NCBI GenBank assembly: GCA_963575745.1
Contig: CAUYUJ010000192.1
Span: 62,001-126,000 of the forward strand
Direction of reading: 5' to 3'
DNA from: Prorocentrum cordatum
Lineage: Eukaryota
DNA: 64,000 bases
Below are positions 50,437 to 61,292 of this stretch, in pieces (positions within the stretch are counted from its first letter, which is position 1; every line of letters starts with the position of its first letter). Made by a program: the position numbers and the translations under genes. The notes under the pieces were generated by a model, which was not told the origin of the DNA, did no database searches, and saw only the letters and a program-made list of their open reading frames with translations.

Positions 50437-51572
50437 GAAAGAGCGTATTCTACCGCTGCTGGCGGAAAACCGGGGGGGGGTCACTACCGGTTCGAACCCC
50501 TCCCCCCCCCTCCTCCGGAAAACCGGGGGGGGTCACTAGTTCGAACACCTCCCCCCCCCTCCCCCCCCAGTTCATCATGAAAAGGGAGGGGGGTCACTAC
50601 CGGTTCGAACCCCGCCCCCCCCCCCTCGAAAACCGGGGGGGTCATTACCGGTTCGAGCCCCCCCCCCTCGAAAACCGAGTGGGGGTGCGGACAGTGGTGG
50701 GGACGGTGGTGGTGGGGACAGTGGTTGGGACAGTGGGACAGTGGTGGGGACGGTAGTGGTGGGGACACTGGTTAGGACAATGGTGGGAACAGTGGGGCTA
50801 GTGGACAGTAGAGGGGACGGTGGTGGTGGGGACAGTGGTGCGGGGACAGTGGGAATGAGGTGGAAACAGTGGGGACAGTGGAGGGTACAGTGGTGGTGGT
50901 GGTGGGGACAGTGGTGAAGGCGGTGGCGAGGACGGCGGTGGGACAATGGGACAGAGGTACAGTGGGGACAGTGGTGGTGACAGTGGGGACAGTGGTGGGA
51001 AAACAATGGGACAGCTCAGTGGGACAGCGGAGGAGTCAGTGGGACAGTGGGGACAGTGGGGATAGTCGGGCAGTGGTTCGGGCCGTGGACAAAGTGGGGA
51101 GAGTGGAACCGTGGTGGGAACAGTGGTGGGGACAGTGGGGACAGTGCGACAGTGGTGGGGGCACTGGTGGGGACAGTAGGGACGGTGGTGGAACCAGTGG
51201 GGACAGTGGTGGTGAGGACAGTGGTGCTGGGAACAACAGTGGGGGATGTGATGCGGACGGTGGTAGGGACCGGGAGTCGTTTGCTGGCGGTGAGTGGGGG
51301 GGGTGGGGAGGGGTTCGAACCGGTAGTGACCCCCCCTCCGGTTTTCGAGGGGGGGGGGGGTTCGAACCGGTAGTGACCCCCTTCCTTTTTCGAGGGGAAG
51401 GGGGGGGGGAAGGGTTAGGGGAGGGGGGGGGGGGGTTTGCCGGGGGAGGGGAGGGAGGGGGGGGTGTCCAGCAGGGGGGGGGGGCATTTTCGGAGGGGGG
51501 GGGGAACCCCGGGCTCCGGAGGAAGAGTGGGGCAATTTTCCACAGTAAAGCGGCGGTGGATCACGCTCTCTC
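50437..51572. mobile_element. 1136-bp non-autonomous TIR element with subterminal inverted repeats, internal (gggacagtggt)n minisatellite and 8-bp TSD caatatcg
   Basis: caatatcg|gaaagagcgtattctaccgctgct...agcggcggtggatcacgctctctc|caatatcg. It splits the satellite motif ggtacatcaagatcgatac. Confidence 0.85.
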
Positions 51573-52065
51573 CAATATCGATACATTCAGCATTGCGTTT
51601 GCCCGTCGCCCAATCAGGTGTCTTTGAATCGTTGCCATGCCTTACATTATTATATTTCTTTCTGGATTCGTGGGTCGATCATGTTGTTACCGGTTCCGTT
51701 CTGCCTATCCCATGAGCTGCCAGCTCCCGAGGGCCAGTTGTTCGTCCCGTGCTGTTTTTTATAGGTCCTGGGCTCGTTGATGGCCCCAAAATCATTGAGA
51801 GCAAACGGGCCCCTAACCTGAATAACACGACGAAGACGTGGCCTCATTGAGGTCTCCGTCTTCACATTAAGAATAATGTACCTGGGCGGTTTGGCCTGGT
51901 GCATCTGCAGAAAAGACTCCCATCTCTAGTGTTGCTGGAACTTATATGTAGGTCCCATCCCAAAGGGTTAAGGGTCCTTTGTGTTTTCAGCACAGAAGCC
52001 GAACATTGCGCGAAAGACGTCCCGCTCCAGTTTTGGCCAGAGCCCTTAGATTTTTGGGGTCGTCC

Positions 52066-52192
52066 CTTGGCCGAGAGCTGCGGCGCGCGCGGGCGCGGCG
52101 CGCCCGCGCCCGGGAGGCCCGGCGTGCTCAGCACCTTCAGGTCCACGTTGAGTTCCGTGCTGGCGCGGGTGGAGGCGGCGGTGCCGCCCCGG
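52066..52192 (-). CDS. Possible isolated coding exon (ARGGTAASTRASTELNVDLKVLSTPGLPGAG...)
   Basis: Strong GC3 bias; preceded on the minus strand by a (cgattc)n tract. No homology recognised. Confidence 0.25.
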
Positions 52193-52632
52193 GCAGGGCT
52201 CATTTCGATTCGCCGATCCGATTCGATCCGATTTCGATAGATTCCGATTCCGATTCAATTCGACTTCGGGTTCCGATTCGGATTCCGATTTCTCAATGGA
52301 GGCCCACTAGCCTGTCGATTTCCGCTGATCCGATTCATTTCGATCACCGATCCGGATTGTCGATGCGATTCCGGGCTCGCCTGCCTGGGGAACAAGCTCA
52401 TCGAAAATCAAAAAGCTCGGAGGAGGAAAAGGTCTTCCCCAGACCGATACCAAACCCTCGTTTTCCGTTTTGGGGCTTCCTGGGCGGCCCTCGTTGCCGC
52501 CGCCGGACTCGCCTCGAGAATCCTGGTCAGGACGCACTCTGGGCGAGGTCTGGGGAGTAGCGGTATTGGTACCTCCTGGTTTTCCCCAACAAATGAAGAC
52601 GTAGCCTGGCTTTGGTTTCTGCTTTTACGTTA

Positions 52633-52805
52633 CAGCCAACCCGCCCAGTAAGGATGGGCAGCTTTTCCAAGGGTACCCTTGCATCCTTGCCTTCTCGGTC
52701 CATCCTTGGCCACTTTAGCTGGCCGCGCCCCGCTCGAGAAGCTTCGACCTGGGCGTCCAAGGCATTTGCATCCTTATCGCGCATCCTTGCTATACGGGTT
52801 GACTG
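52633..52805. mobile_element. Tc1/mariner-type MITE copy 1 (173 bp, TA TSD)
   Basis: ta|cagccaacccg...cgggttgactg|ta. Homologous to 60268-60440. Confidence 0.75.
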
Positions 52806-52992
52806 TAAGGGATTTTGAGCCTGAGTGGTCTGGTGTGGTGGGTCTGCTGGGAAGACCCCGCATCCCTAATGCTTTGGGCCTCGTCGCTCGGGTCCGCCCC
52901 GAAAGGGTTAGGGGTTCCATTGGGGATCGCGAGACTGGTGTTTTATATGCATTCGGCCCGCAGCGTTCGTGACGGGGGGTGGCCCCCCTCTC

Positions 52993-53187
52993 TCGGGCCG
53001 GGCGAAAGGGGGGGATTGGGAAAGGGGGGGTTACGAAATTTGCTGCATGCAGCTGGTTTCGGCCTCACCGAGGGGCCCATTCCTCGATACATGGGCGCCT
53101 CCGGCGCCGGGAGGCGCCGGGAAAATCAGCTACGTGAGCTGATTCTCACCCCCCCCCTTTGCTATCCCCCCCTTTCGCCCGACCCGA
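52993..53187. mobile_element. MITE family B copy 2
   Basis: tcgggccgggcgaaagggg...cccctttcgcccgacccga; flanks ctctc/ctccc (4/5 match). Confidence 0.8.
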
Positions 53188-53246
53188 CTCCCTCTCCCCA
53201 GAGATCCGAGGCTCTTCGAAAACGTTGTGTCACTATGTTTTTTGCC

Positions 53247-53484
53247 TCGGGGGGCTCAAGAGACGGGGGTCAATGCAAACAGGGGTCAGCCAGAGCGCCC
53301 GATCTTGCAGGATCCTGCAGGGCCAGGGTCGCATTGACCCGGGCTTGGGTGCAGGATCCTGCAGGATGGTATAGGATCCTTCGCGTTGACCCGTGTTTGG
53401 GTGCAGGATCTTGCAGGATCTTGCAGGGTTCTGCAAGGCCTGACTGACCTGGGTTTGGATTGACCCGGGTCAGAAGATCCCCGA
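53247..53484. mobile_element. MITE family C copy 1
   Basis: tcgggggg...gggtcaatgcaaac...tggattgacccgggtcagaagatccccga. Ends homologous to 55925-56168; TSD not evident. Confidence 0.7.
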
Positions 53485-55924
53485 CCTCTTTGGGGGACCT
53501 CGACGGGCCCCAGAGCCATCAAACAATTAATGCAGGACGACGAACTGGCCGTAGGGCATTTAGCTGGTCCAGACCTCTTGGCGTCCACACATCGAAAATG
53601 TTGGATCGCCAGATGTCTGCCCCCCGTTCCTGTGAGCTTTTTCTTGTTGTTTAACCCGTCGGCGAGGGCCTTCGCACCCCTCCTCCATCCCCCCGTGGAG
53701 CAGATCTTGGCTGTTTTTGGCGCCTGTTTCCAGCGGGTGGGGCCTCTCCCATAGGACGCATTGCTGCAAACAGTCGCATTAAACAGAGGTCTTGAGCCAG
53801 ACCCCCCCCTCCCTTGCTCTCGGGGAAACGACTAGAGTGCGCTGAAACTCGGGTTTGCCGACCCTTTTGGACGAGCGCGTCTTGGATTTTGACGGCCCAG
53901 TTTTCTTGGGATGTTTGCAGCGGGAGCTCGTGTCAAATTTCAGATTGGGTGTCGTCTTTTCATCGCACGGCAACTTGTTGCACATGTCGGAAAACAGGGT
54001 CCGAGTCAGGTTTTGGGTCACGAAGTGAGAGGGGAGATAGACTGGGAGGAGTAGCGTGTGGATGAGAGTGTGGAGATTGTTGGGCACGCAAGCCTTCGGG
54101 TCAAGGCCTAGGGGGCCTTCAGCATTTGTTGGGGGTCGGATCACAATCGATCGATCATCGGCCGGGGTGTCATGCCGTGCCCGGGATCGCTCGCGCTCCC
54201 TGCGCGGCCGCAGCCCGCGAGCGCAGCTGCAGCCCCGCCGCAGCCGCCAGCGCCGCCGCAGCCGCGAGCGCTACTCCTCACTCGGCCTGGTGGGAGACGC
54301 TGCCCCCCCTGGATGGTTTCAATGTGCGTAGATACGTCACATAGTATATACCATGAGAAAGCCTGATGGCATCATTTGTCTAGCAAGTGATACGTTGCTC
54401 CAACAGCACAGTCGTATTTTGCAGAGACGAAGCGGAACACTCAACGGCGTTGGCGCATTCGAAAACAAGTGCGGGTGGAGAGATAGGCATCAGAGCGTGA
54501 ATTACCTTCCCCGCGTTCGCTTCCAGGCAAAACCAAGCCATACCACACGCCTCCTCGTCAAGCGGCCTGATCAGTACAGTCTGCAATTTGGCATCGTCTG
54601 GTATCTCTTAGAAGCGAGGGTGGTCAAAAGCGAGGTAGGTTTGTTTTCCCCCTAAGGCAAGCAGTTTCCGATCTCTCGTTCTCCCACCCTCCGGCAGCGT
54701 TGGCCGCCGCGCGCACCCGAGGCGGATGCTTCCTGGATAGAGCTGGAGGCGCCCTGCCGCGTCTGCATCCCTGCCGCCTTGCTGTGTGCCACTTGGCCTT
54801 TCGGCGCACTGCGTGGGGTCGTGGTATTCCGCCGCTTAGATTTGGAAGGTCGTGGTATTCCGGGTCGTGGTATTCCGCCGCGTAGGCTCCTTATGGATTG
54901 GTTTTGAAGGTGTCCTGAAACAGGGCCTCCTGGGAGACATGGGGGGGGTGGACATCTTTGACCAGACATGCGGCCGCGCCAGTGATGGGTGATGCGCGCC
55001 CTCGTGTCCGGCGGAAAGCCATACCTTCTGTCACGGATGCGGAGACGAAATCCAGTGGCGACGTTGCCCCTCAGGGCTGGGGCGCGACGACGTCTGGCGT
55101 TGGCTCCGCCGCGGCGCCTAGAGGATACGGCCCGATTGATGCGGGCAGCCAGGCCCTCGACGCCGCGATGTTGTTCACCCCCAGAGGGCTGGATCGTCTC
55201 CCCAGCTCGACCAGTTTCTCTCATCTCGACCCGTCTTCTGACGGGTCCCCGGCGCCAGAGCGGTGTGCACGCCTTCCTTGGCTTGGCCAGGGAGGCGAGG
55301 AGGAGGAGGAGGAGGAGGAGGAGGGGGAGGGGGAGGAGGAGGAGGAGCAGTATATCTAGGGTTCTCCCCACGGGGCGCGAAGGATGACAGCGCTTCGCAC
55401 ATCGCGGCCAGGATTGAAGAGGCGCCCCTTCGTGAGGGCGGCGGCGCGAGGGCTCGAGACAAATTCTGCGTCCCGCGCACCGCGGGGGGCGCGTGACGCG
55501 CGAGGTTAGTCGGCAACGACGTTTCTATGCCTCTCGGAGTAGGAGGGCCATGAGGTGCAGGGGACAGGGCAGCAAAACAGTCAGATGAGCGACGGAAGGG
55601 TCGGTTGCGCCGACATGGGCGCGTAAGTTGTTCGCGTGAGCTCGCGCGTGGGCGTCATCGTTTCCAAGGTGGCGTGCCGCGGTGGCGGGCGCCGCCTAAG
55701 CCAACGCGCAAGGTCGCCGTGCCATCTCGCTTAGGACCCTGTTCTCCCCGTCGCTCAGATGGACCAGGAGGCGTGGGAGCGTCTGCACGGAAGGAGGAGG
55801 AGGAAGGCGGAGGGACGACAGTGGTCAGGACGCGTTGGCACTTGGCATCCTTCTCGTCTGGCAGCGAGGGCCCCCCCCCGCTCTCAAGTGATGATGTGCC
55901 CGGCTGGTTGTTTCATCCCTCCCT

Positions 55925-56168
55925 TCGGGAGCCTCGAGACGGGTGTCAATGCAAACGGGGGTCAGCCAGGGCGCCAGATTCTGCAGGATCCTGCGAAGAC
56001 CCCCTCTGGCTGACCCGGGTTAGGGAGCCGCTCGTGGCCGCGAGGCGGCCGCGCCTATTGGCTGACCCGGGTCTGGGAAGCCCTGCGCTGCAGTTTTTTT
56101 TCCTGCATTGCAGTTTTTGGTTTCCTGCTGACCCGGGTCTGGATTGACCTGGGTCAGAAGATCCCCGA
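55925..56168. mobile_element. MITE family C copy 2 (5-bp TSD tccct)
   Basis: tccct|tcgggagcc...gaagatccccga|tccct. Confidence 0.8.
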
Positions 56169-56823
56169 TCCCTTTGAGTTGACCCCAGGAATTTCTGGAC
56201 CGAGTGTCCAGTGTTGTTTTCGCCATTGTTTTTGTCATTGGCATTCGCACGGGCCCCTCTTCTCCACCTGCCCTGGCCGCTCACAAGCTTCTCTTTGATG
56301 GTTCTGAAGCCTCGTACCCAGATCCAAGGTGATGCATTTTAAGTCAAGGCTGGTGCGCCGAGCGAGGCTTTCCGATTTCCTCTGCCCCAGGCCGAGATCT
56401 CTTCGACTCGATTGCCTCCCACGGCGCGCGATCAGGAGCAGTACAACCTTGCGTGATGCTGGCTAGATGGGGTCCGAGTAGATGAGGTCGGAGGATCGTG
56501 CCGTATCGCCGATGCATCGGCGATGCGGCTCGATGCTGAGCCGGATTTGCTCCACGCCGGAGTCGCCGATGCATCGCCGATGCATCGGCGATGCGGTGCG
56601 ATTCTTCGACCCATCTACTCCGACCCCATCCAGGAGGCTTCTAGTTCTCCTCATTGCCCTCCCATCCCCCTCGTCCGGCGGCGAGAGCGATGCATGTCCA
56701 CAATCTACACATGTCCGCATGCTGTGAGCCCCCGGGGGCGGTGTGTGCACGCCTCCGCGGGCCAAGGGCCTGGCCAGGGGGCGGCGGATGTGCACAGATT
56801 TCAATCGGGCATGTCCCTCCTAC

Positions 56824-58741
56824 TCGGGGGCGGCCAAGAGGGGGGTGCCGACTAGGGGGGGGATATATTGGCGTGGGCCATTATATTTCCTCAGATTTCA
56901 TGGCGCCTCTTCTTATTTCATACCTCGTAGAGCTCTTGGCTTTACCAGAGCTAGAGGAATTCGGCGACAGGCTGGAGCTAGTTGGCGGATCCGGGCAGAA
57001 GAGACAATGTGGTGACTTGGGGTCGGTTTTTCGAAGAGTGCTAGAGATTTGAAAACTTTCGTGGAGAATCAGTATTTTCCTGCCTACTTAGAATTATGAC
57101 TGTCCTTCCTGTGCAATTTCCCTTTCCGCCCGAGCGATATTATGATCGGAAGACCCAGAAGAACTATTTCATGAATTCTCGATTTCTTTGCTGAGCATGC
57201 TTTCTGTGCATCTGAAGCTCTAGTCTAGAGGATCCGGACGCCTTGGACTGGTCTGTTGCTCGAGCTATGGCCGAAACATTGCTCGCACTCTGCAAGTTTT
57301 TGGGGGCAAACATCTCGTTTGTTGATTTGATTGCGACACCGAGAGCAGCTACAGGTGTTTTACGTAGACGAATAGAGTGAGCAGCACCAGACGTTTCCGC
57401 TCGCATGGTCTCACAGCCTAAGATTGGCTTGCTCCTCGGGCCACGCTCGACAAATCATTCGCACTTTGCAATGGTTTGGGGCACATGTTCGGGGTGCCGA
57501 CTTGATCCCGATATTTGGAGCATCTATCGAGGTTTAGTGTACATGAACCGGTGCAGCACCAGCATCAGAAGCTCTCCTTCATATGGTTCAAAAGCTTGAG
57601 ATCGGCGAGCTATATTCGAAACACGATTTGCACTCTGCAATTTCGTTGGCGCATGCTCGGTGTTTCGTGTTTTGGGTGATTTGGAGCAATTACCGAGGTT
57701 TCATGTGTACCTTACTTCCAGAGGCATCGAAACCATCAGTCTAGAGGCTTGAGAAGTCATTCCTTATGACCGAAACACTACTTGCATTCTACAACGTTGT
57801 GGGGAAACATTTAGTTGTTCGACATGATCTTGGAATTCAGAGCAGCTGCAGAGGTTTTATGTCGGGGAAAAGGTACAGCAGCATCAGCAGCTCTCGTTCG
57901 CATGCTCCGAAAGCCTGATGTCGGTTTACTTCCCGAGCTATGTTCGAAGAACTGTTCACATTGTGCAACTTGTTTGGGCACATGCTTGGATTTTCGACTT
58001 GATTCCGATATTTGGAGCAGCTCTAGAGGTTTCATGTGTTCCTCACCAGCGTCGAAAGCATTAGTCCAGAGGCTCGAGAAGCCTGAGATCGGTCTTCTCC
58101 TCGAGCTATGGCCGAACAACTATTCACACTCTGCGATTTATGTTTCGTCATTCGAACAATTACTCACACTGTCCAACTTTGGGTAAATGTGTGGCTTGTC
58201 GATGTGATCTAGGCATTAACGGAATGGTGCATAATTCTAATTGTCGGCAGCCGTATCAGTTTAGATCTTCACACATGTCAGACAAATATATTACATTATT
58301 CATTGTCAATGTCAAGCAAGTTGGCATAACGAATTGCGAACCCAAGGCCACAGCCAAGGTTCGAACTGGTTTCTCCATTGATGAATGATAATTGGAACGA
58401 ATAGAACGCCTGAGGATTCGAAGTTTGTTTCGAACTCTAGACATCGTCGAAACATTGAATATTATTTGACAGGTTTTTCTATTGTAGAGTAGGCGGCTGC
58501 GGCGCGGCTGCGGCTGAGGCTGCGGCTGAGGCTGCGGCTGCGCCTGCGCCTGCGCGGTTGCGCGGCTGCGGCTAGGCGGCCGAGGCTGCGGAGCTCTACG
58601 AGGTCCCCGGCGGTAACTAGGTTGACGGCTTACCGCCGTCGCCCAGTTGCGTTCTTGGCCCCCTCCCCTGGGGCCGCGCACGTGCCGCCGGCCATGATTT
58701 GCGCCCCCCTTTTTGGACGCCCCCCTCTTGGCCGCCCCCGA
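56824..58741. mobile_element. ~1.9-kb TIR element with AT-richer interior, nested in another small TIR element; TSD cctac/tctac
   Basis: tcgggggcggccaagagggggg...cccccctcttggccgcccccga. The flanks rejoin to match 25921-25975. Confidence 0.75.
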
Positions 58742-58914
58742 TCTACAGGAGGAGTACTCAACAATAGTCAAACATAGTCTGGTGACCATTTTCTATTTAT
58801 TGTTCCCCAATCAGTGAGCCTGCCTCTGTAGGGGTCCTATCGGCTTCAGATGGTTAGGTTATGTGCGCCGCCGACTTCGGCGGCACGCCCCAGGTGCCCG
58901 GGTGCCCGGTAGCT

Positions 58915-59075
58915 CTAGAGCCTTATAGCCCCATAGCCCGATGGCCTTAATAGCCCTATAGTCTCATAGCCTTACAGCCTTATAGCCCTGTAGCCCTATA
59001 GCCTTATAGCCAGATAACCCTATAGCCCTATAGCCCGATGCCCTAGCCTTATAGTCCTATAGCCCCATAGCCCTA
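58915..59075. repeat. (tatagccc)n-like minisatellite
   Basis: ~18 copies of an 8-9-bp atagccct-like unit. Confidence 0.9.
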
Positions 59076-59193
59076 AATCCCTGGAAAAGATTATTGTTGG
59101 GTTTTCTTCCAGCATCATGACGATGTTTGAATATTGTTTGAGTGTTGTCTATTGTAGTGGCCTCCGGCCAGTGCCGCCGATCCTGGGCGCTCC

Positions 59194-59194
<1 letters not shown>

Positions 59195-59237
<43 letters not shown>

Positions 59238-59239
59238 CT

Positions 59240-59287
<48 letters not shown>

Positions 59288-59830
59288 AGTGATGATGATA
59301 GTGATGATGATGGTGATGGTGATGTGACGATGGAGATGGCGATGATCCCGGATGGCGATGATCCTGGCCCCCTCCCCCCAAACCCCCCTCCTCTCTCTTG
59401 TCCCCCCCCCCTTTCTCCTGTCCCCTCCCCCCCCCCTCTTTTCCTTTCCCCTCCCCCTCCCTCTCCTGTCCACCCCCCCTCTCTCCTGTCCCCCCGCCCT
59501 CCCCCTCTCTCCTGTCCCCACTCCCCCCCCCTCTCCTGTCCCCCCCCCCCTCTCCCCCCCGCCTCTCTCCTGTCCCCCCCCCCTCCTCTCTCCTTTCCCC
59601 CCCCCCTCTCTCCTGTCCCCCCCCCCTCTCCTCTCCTTTCCCCTCCCCTCCCCTCCCCTTCTCTCCTGTCCAGGGCGCAGTGCAGGGGGGGGGGGAGCTG
59701 GGGCAAAGAGAAGGTGCAGAGGCGGGAGGGGGTGCAGGAAGAGGGGGGGGGGGCGGCGGAGAGGAGATTGCAGGGAAAGGCGGAGGGTGCAGGAAGAGAG
59801 AGGGGGGCGCCGGAGAGGAAGGTGCAGGGG
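59195..59830. repeat. (GAT)n microsatellite followed by C-rich then G-rich low-complexity tracts
   Basis: Seen directly. Confidence 0.9.
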
Positions 59831-60267
59831 TGGGGGGCGGTCCCGGCATTAGGGAGGCCTCGCGTGTCAATTCTTTCGTCGTTTGCGTCCCCCCCCACCC
59901 TTGCAGAGCGAAGATTGAGCGAGCTCAAGCCCACGCTCTCAGAAACTCACACGCCGGATCGGCGGATTTCTTTTTCAAGATCCGCCTGCAGAGTGTTTGC
60001 TGCGGAGGGCGCGACGTTCCCGTACCAAAAATCGATTGACTTGATGGGGTCGCAGGATTGGGTTTCTTGTGGAAGGTTTCCTGTGGTCGAGCTCCTGCTG
60101 TATGCATAGATAGGTCCAGTCGCCCTGCCTGCAGGGCTGCAACAGCAGTACCTTTCCGAGTGCACGTACCCTGCCGAGGGCGTGAGCTGGCGCGCGCGCG
60201 CACCTGCGAGAGGAGGGGGGTTACACCGATAGGCCCAGAGCTGTACTGCTGATGCAGCCAGCCATTA

Positions 60268-60440
60268 CTGTCAACCCGCATAATGAGGATGGGCATCCTT
60301 CCCAAGGGTACCCTTGCATCCTTGCCTCCTCGGTCCATCCTTGGCCACTTTCGCTGGCCGCTCTCCGCTCGAAATGCTTCGAAATGAGCGCCCAAGGCTC
60401 TTGCATCCTTATCGCGCATTCTTATGATACGGGCCGACTG
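60268..60440. mobile_element. Tc1/mariner-type MITE copy 2 (173 bp, TA TSD)
   Basis: ta|ctgtcaacccg...cgggccgactg|ta. Confidence 0.75.
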
Positions 60441-61067
60441 TAGTGAGCATGTGTAGCGCAGCTGACGTTGTGTTGGGCTCGATTGCAAGTATCTCATGTG
60501 CCGCAAACTTGCGATGTCGCAAAGGCGTTGGAACGACTACTTTGGTGGAGAATTCGTTCATGATCTGTCTGCAAAAGGGATCCTGAACGCCGCGCTCTTC
60601 AGTTCGGAAGCCACGTGGGTCAAAACCGCCCGCGAGCAAAATGAAGTCGAACTCAAGAAAGTTGGTGTAAGTGCCGTGTCCGCCTCCCCCCCAGTCCAGA
60701 CCATCCCCATATCCTCACCAGCGTTACCTCGCATGTCCCCGGCGAATTTGGCTTAATCCATTTCAATATGGTTTTATCCCGCTTGATGGGTTCAAGCTGG
60801 CCTAATCCGATTGCAGGGCACCCTATAATCGAGCTTGTTAGCCCAGGGTCGTTCTTGCGAAAACCCCCCAGGAGTTGTCTCCTATACAAGTTTGCCTTGT
60901 CTTCTTCTCCATCCCCCTTTCCGACGCCTCCCATCCCCTGCTGCCCCCAGCCTGCGTGCCTTCAACACGCCCAGGTCTCGCGGAAGGGGCGCGAGTCGAC
61001 CGGCAAGCGGTCGGATGTTTTGTCGTCTTCGCTCAGGGACGGCTGGGGGGCGGGGAGGGCACTTCTT

Positions 61068-61292
61068 CAGAGCCCCGAGTCATCAGGGGTAGCTCGGGTC
61101 AGGGCTAACTCGGGTTCGTTTTTGCGGGGATCCAAACCCGAGTTACCCCGGACCCGAGTTACCCCGGATAATTCGGGCGTCCAGAGCCCCGAATCATCAG
61201 GGGTAACTCGGGTCAGGGCTAACTCGGGTTCGTTTTTCGGGAATCCAAACCCGAGTACCCCGAACCCGAGTTACCCCTGATAACTCGGGTGC
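61068..61292. repeat. Tandem duplicate (~113 bp) of an internally palindromic unit (aactcgggt / acccgagtt)
   Basis: cagagccccgagtcatcagggg...gggctaactcgggttcgttttt...atccaaacccgagt occurs twice. Confidence 0.75.

Larger units (their letters stand above)
40700..51690. repeat. Compound satellite region: ~11 copies of a 390-435-bp unit arranged in 4 blocks, interrupted by unique sequence
   Basis: Marker 'aattagctctggggcagctact' or a variant at ~41139, 41557, 44660, 45053, 45981, 46414, 48557, 48991, 49426, 49859 and 50251. Each unit has ~11-bp ggcacgtcc sub-repeats. Confidence 0.9.

Noticed and set aside
53791..53799. tggctcaag (SL 3' end) on the minus strand
   Set aside because: Only 9 nt, so expected by chance in 64 kb.
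54300..54655. Lower-GC unique stretch with short ORFs (also 60440-60760)
   Set aside because: No recognisable motifs or codon bias, so a CDS call cannot be supported.
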